From: Catajapyx aquilonaris | Taxonomy: Eukaryota | Direction of reading: 5' to 3' | DNA: 49,817 nucleotides | NCBI GenBank assembly: GCA_000934665.2 | Contig: JYFJ02002856.1 | Span: forward strand, 1-49,817 | In this document: one piece after another, positions 47,805 to 49,817 of the stretch | How positions within the stretch are numbered: position 1 is the first letter of the stretch | Layout of the letters: each line of letters starts with the position of its first letter | Made by a program: the position numbers and the translations under genes | The notes under the pieces: generated by a model | Database searches by the model: none | Seen by the model: the letters and a program-made list of their open reading frames with translations, nothing else | What the model was told of the DNA's origin: nothing

Positions 47805-48374
47805 CAGTTGAATCCAGATATAAGACTTCAAGGGACCGAGGAAATCAGTCTGTTATAACCGAAGGGTGTTATAGTCAAATCAAAACTTTTGCAATGAATA
47901 CACAAGTTTTCTGCTTTCATAGTATATGCTTATAATGCACATGACTGCATACCTGTACTGATTAATGAAACTACCTACAAACATGCCAAATTAGCTCACC
48001 CGTAAATTAGGCAGGACGAAAAAAACGGTCATTTTTATGTTGTTTTGTCCTTGCCAAATATACCAGAAAAATAATGATGTTGACCTTTTCAGCAAATGTT
48101 ACAGCAGTGACAGGCGGGAAAATCACCGCCGATCCTGTAGTATACAGTGCTTTTCTCGGGTGGGAAAGGAAGCCGAGTAATCAAAAACAGCATATTTTCT
48201 ACCGAAGGGCCAAGAAATGATAATTATGTTATAGCCGACGTGATGTGAAAATGAGTATGTTATAGCAGGAGTAATATACACTGGGCCTTATGGAAGTATA
48301 CCGAGGCCAGCCTTTCGAGTATGTTATAACCGAAAGTCTGTTACAGCCGAGGCCGTTATATCCAGATTCAACTG
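47805..48374. mobile_element. pogo/Tigger-type MITE
   Basis: TA-CAGTTGAATCCAGATATAA...TTATATCCAGATTCAACTG-TA with multiple GTTATA(A/G)CCG subterminal repeats. Confidence 0.85.
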
Positions 48375-49223
48375 TATTAATATTGAATGGGCTGTAAAAA
48401 TATTTTTAACCTACACCACTACTTCTGCGTCACCAGGAATGGTGGACATCGGCCTTGCGACTCCTGCGCCCATAATCTATACGTGTAGGGCTTGCAGTGT
48501 AAAACAGCTGTAACTCGGTTAATTATGATCGAATTGATTTTATTTTTCAATGTATATGAAGGTAATAGACTCCTGCATACCCTGATGACTAAAAAATTAA
48601 TATTCCAATTATGTTTGGGAGATAATGGTGTCTCATTCCGCTTATGAGGTTTTGCGTTGCATTTTGCTCTTGGGCCCGAAAAAGCTACTTCCAATTGAAA
48701 TATTTCTTTGATCTCAACATTTATATGAAGTATACGATGTGTCTGACAAAATGGCTATTCCATATTTAAGATTGGTCCACAAAGTAGTGAGATCATGGTG
48801 TCTATTTCCGATCATTTACACCATCCCAGTCTGTTCCATCCTGAGAGTTAGGCAACTGTCGAATAAGGTAAGGGTTAAGCTCTCCGCGGGGCACATGTTG
48901 ACTCAGACTGTTTCTGGTGTTGGGCTTCAAAACCGTAGAAGGAAACGGGTTTACTTGGCCGCCTTTACTAACTAAGTGCATTATTGCCGGAAAAATAAAA
49001 TTTAAGTCAAGGACGCCCAACATGAAAAGTACGGATGCAGGGTGAAAGGCACGTTCCTGACATCCCATGACCATCACATACAAAACAATAAGCTAAAAAT
49101 AAATCTACCTGTCAGCAATCACTACTCCGTACATATCTAAAATGAACTTTCATGCCACATTCTCACTATCTTCGTCCAAGTCTTCGGATAGATGTTCTGT
49201 ACATGTGCGTAGATGAGGCAGGT

Positions 49224-49251
49224 GTATATATATATATATATATATATATAT
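49224..49251. repeat. (TA)n microsatellite
   Basis: Direct TA run. Confidence 0.9.
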
Positions 49252-49754
49252 GGTATACTGTAGCTACCAGAATAGAAGCAGGAGAGGGATTGGCATCACT
49301 ATCTTTCTGTCTCCTATGAGTCCTACCCCAACTAAGACATTTCTTGCTCGAGTCAATAGCAGAGGGAATCCAATTTTTCAACTGCATTCTTAAATACTAA
49401 AAGCAATATGCAACGAGTATCGATGGGTACGCAATATTGGTTGCACTGAGCGAGTGCACATCTTACCTATTCATTTCTCGAATCTCTTCAGGAATGCTGG
49501 CCATATGTGCCCATATGTCTCATGTAAAATAACATCCAGGCGGAATAACAACAATATCGACAGGCTGTTGCTTGGGCTGTTGGACAGAACATGTATGCTG
49601 CATAGGCTCCACATGAGTAGGCAATTGTACTCATATAAATAAAAAACAGGCAGTAAAACTGCCGAAAACTACCCTTACCGAAATTTTCTCTACCTCACGG
49701 CGAGGTCGTCAGACGAGCTTATGGCCACCCAACCGCATACTAGCGGTTGTTTCA

Positions 49755-49817
49755 TTTCGCTATGTCGCGGGCGAAGTCGCGGCGAGGTGGCGGTGGCGAG
49801 GTGGTCGCGAGGTACCC
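49755..49817 (+). mobile_element. Possible MULE-type right terminus at the window edge
   Basis: GGCGA(A/G)GT repeats ending GAGGTACCC, the same style as 36275-36374; partner end not identified. Confidence 0.35.

Overview
Eukaryotic, most likely arthropod/insect, intergenic or long-intron DNA. I find no intact protein-coding gene, rRNA, true tRNA or CRISPR array, and the short ORFs in the track are mostly spurious. The window is dominated by mobile elements. (i) About 25 non-autonomous DNA elements and fold-backs, assigned by termini and target-site duplication (TSD) to Tc1/mariner/pogo (TA), hAT (8 bp), Mutator/MULE (9 bp), PIF/Harbinger (TAA), CACTA/EnSpm-like, Kolobok-like and Helentron/HINE-like classes. 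(ii) Eight tRNA-headed SINE copies from at least four families, several with intact TSDs and three head types sharing one 3' tail. (iii) Three transposase relics that the ORF track does not reveal: an intron-containing MULE transposase C-terminus (35613-36196), a DUF4817-type mariner N-terminus folded back into a ~760-bp hairpin (20717-21476, Mu-killer-like architecture), and a fragmented mariner catalytic region next to a 114/115-bp near-perfect hairpin (43575-44100). Arm-to-arm comparison of fold-backs also shows probable excision footprints (TA-GGC-TA, TA-GCC-TA), and related short motifs look enriched across the window. All assignments are by eye; family names are inferences to be checked with Dfam/Repbase/Pfam searches.
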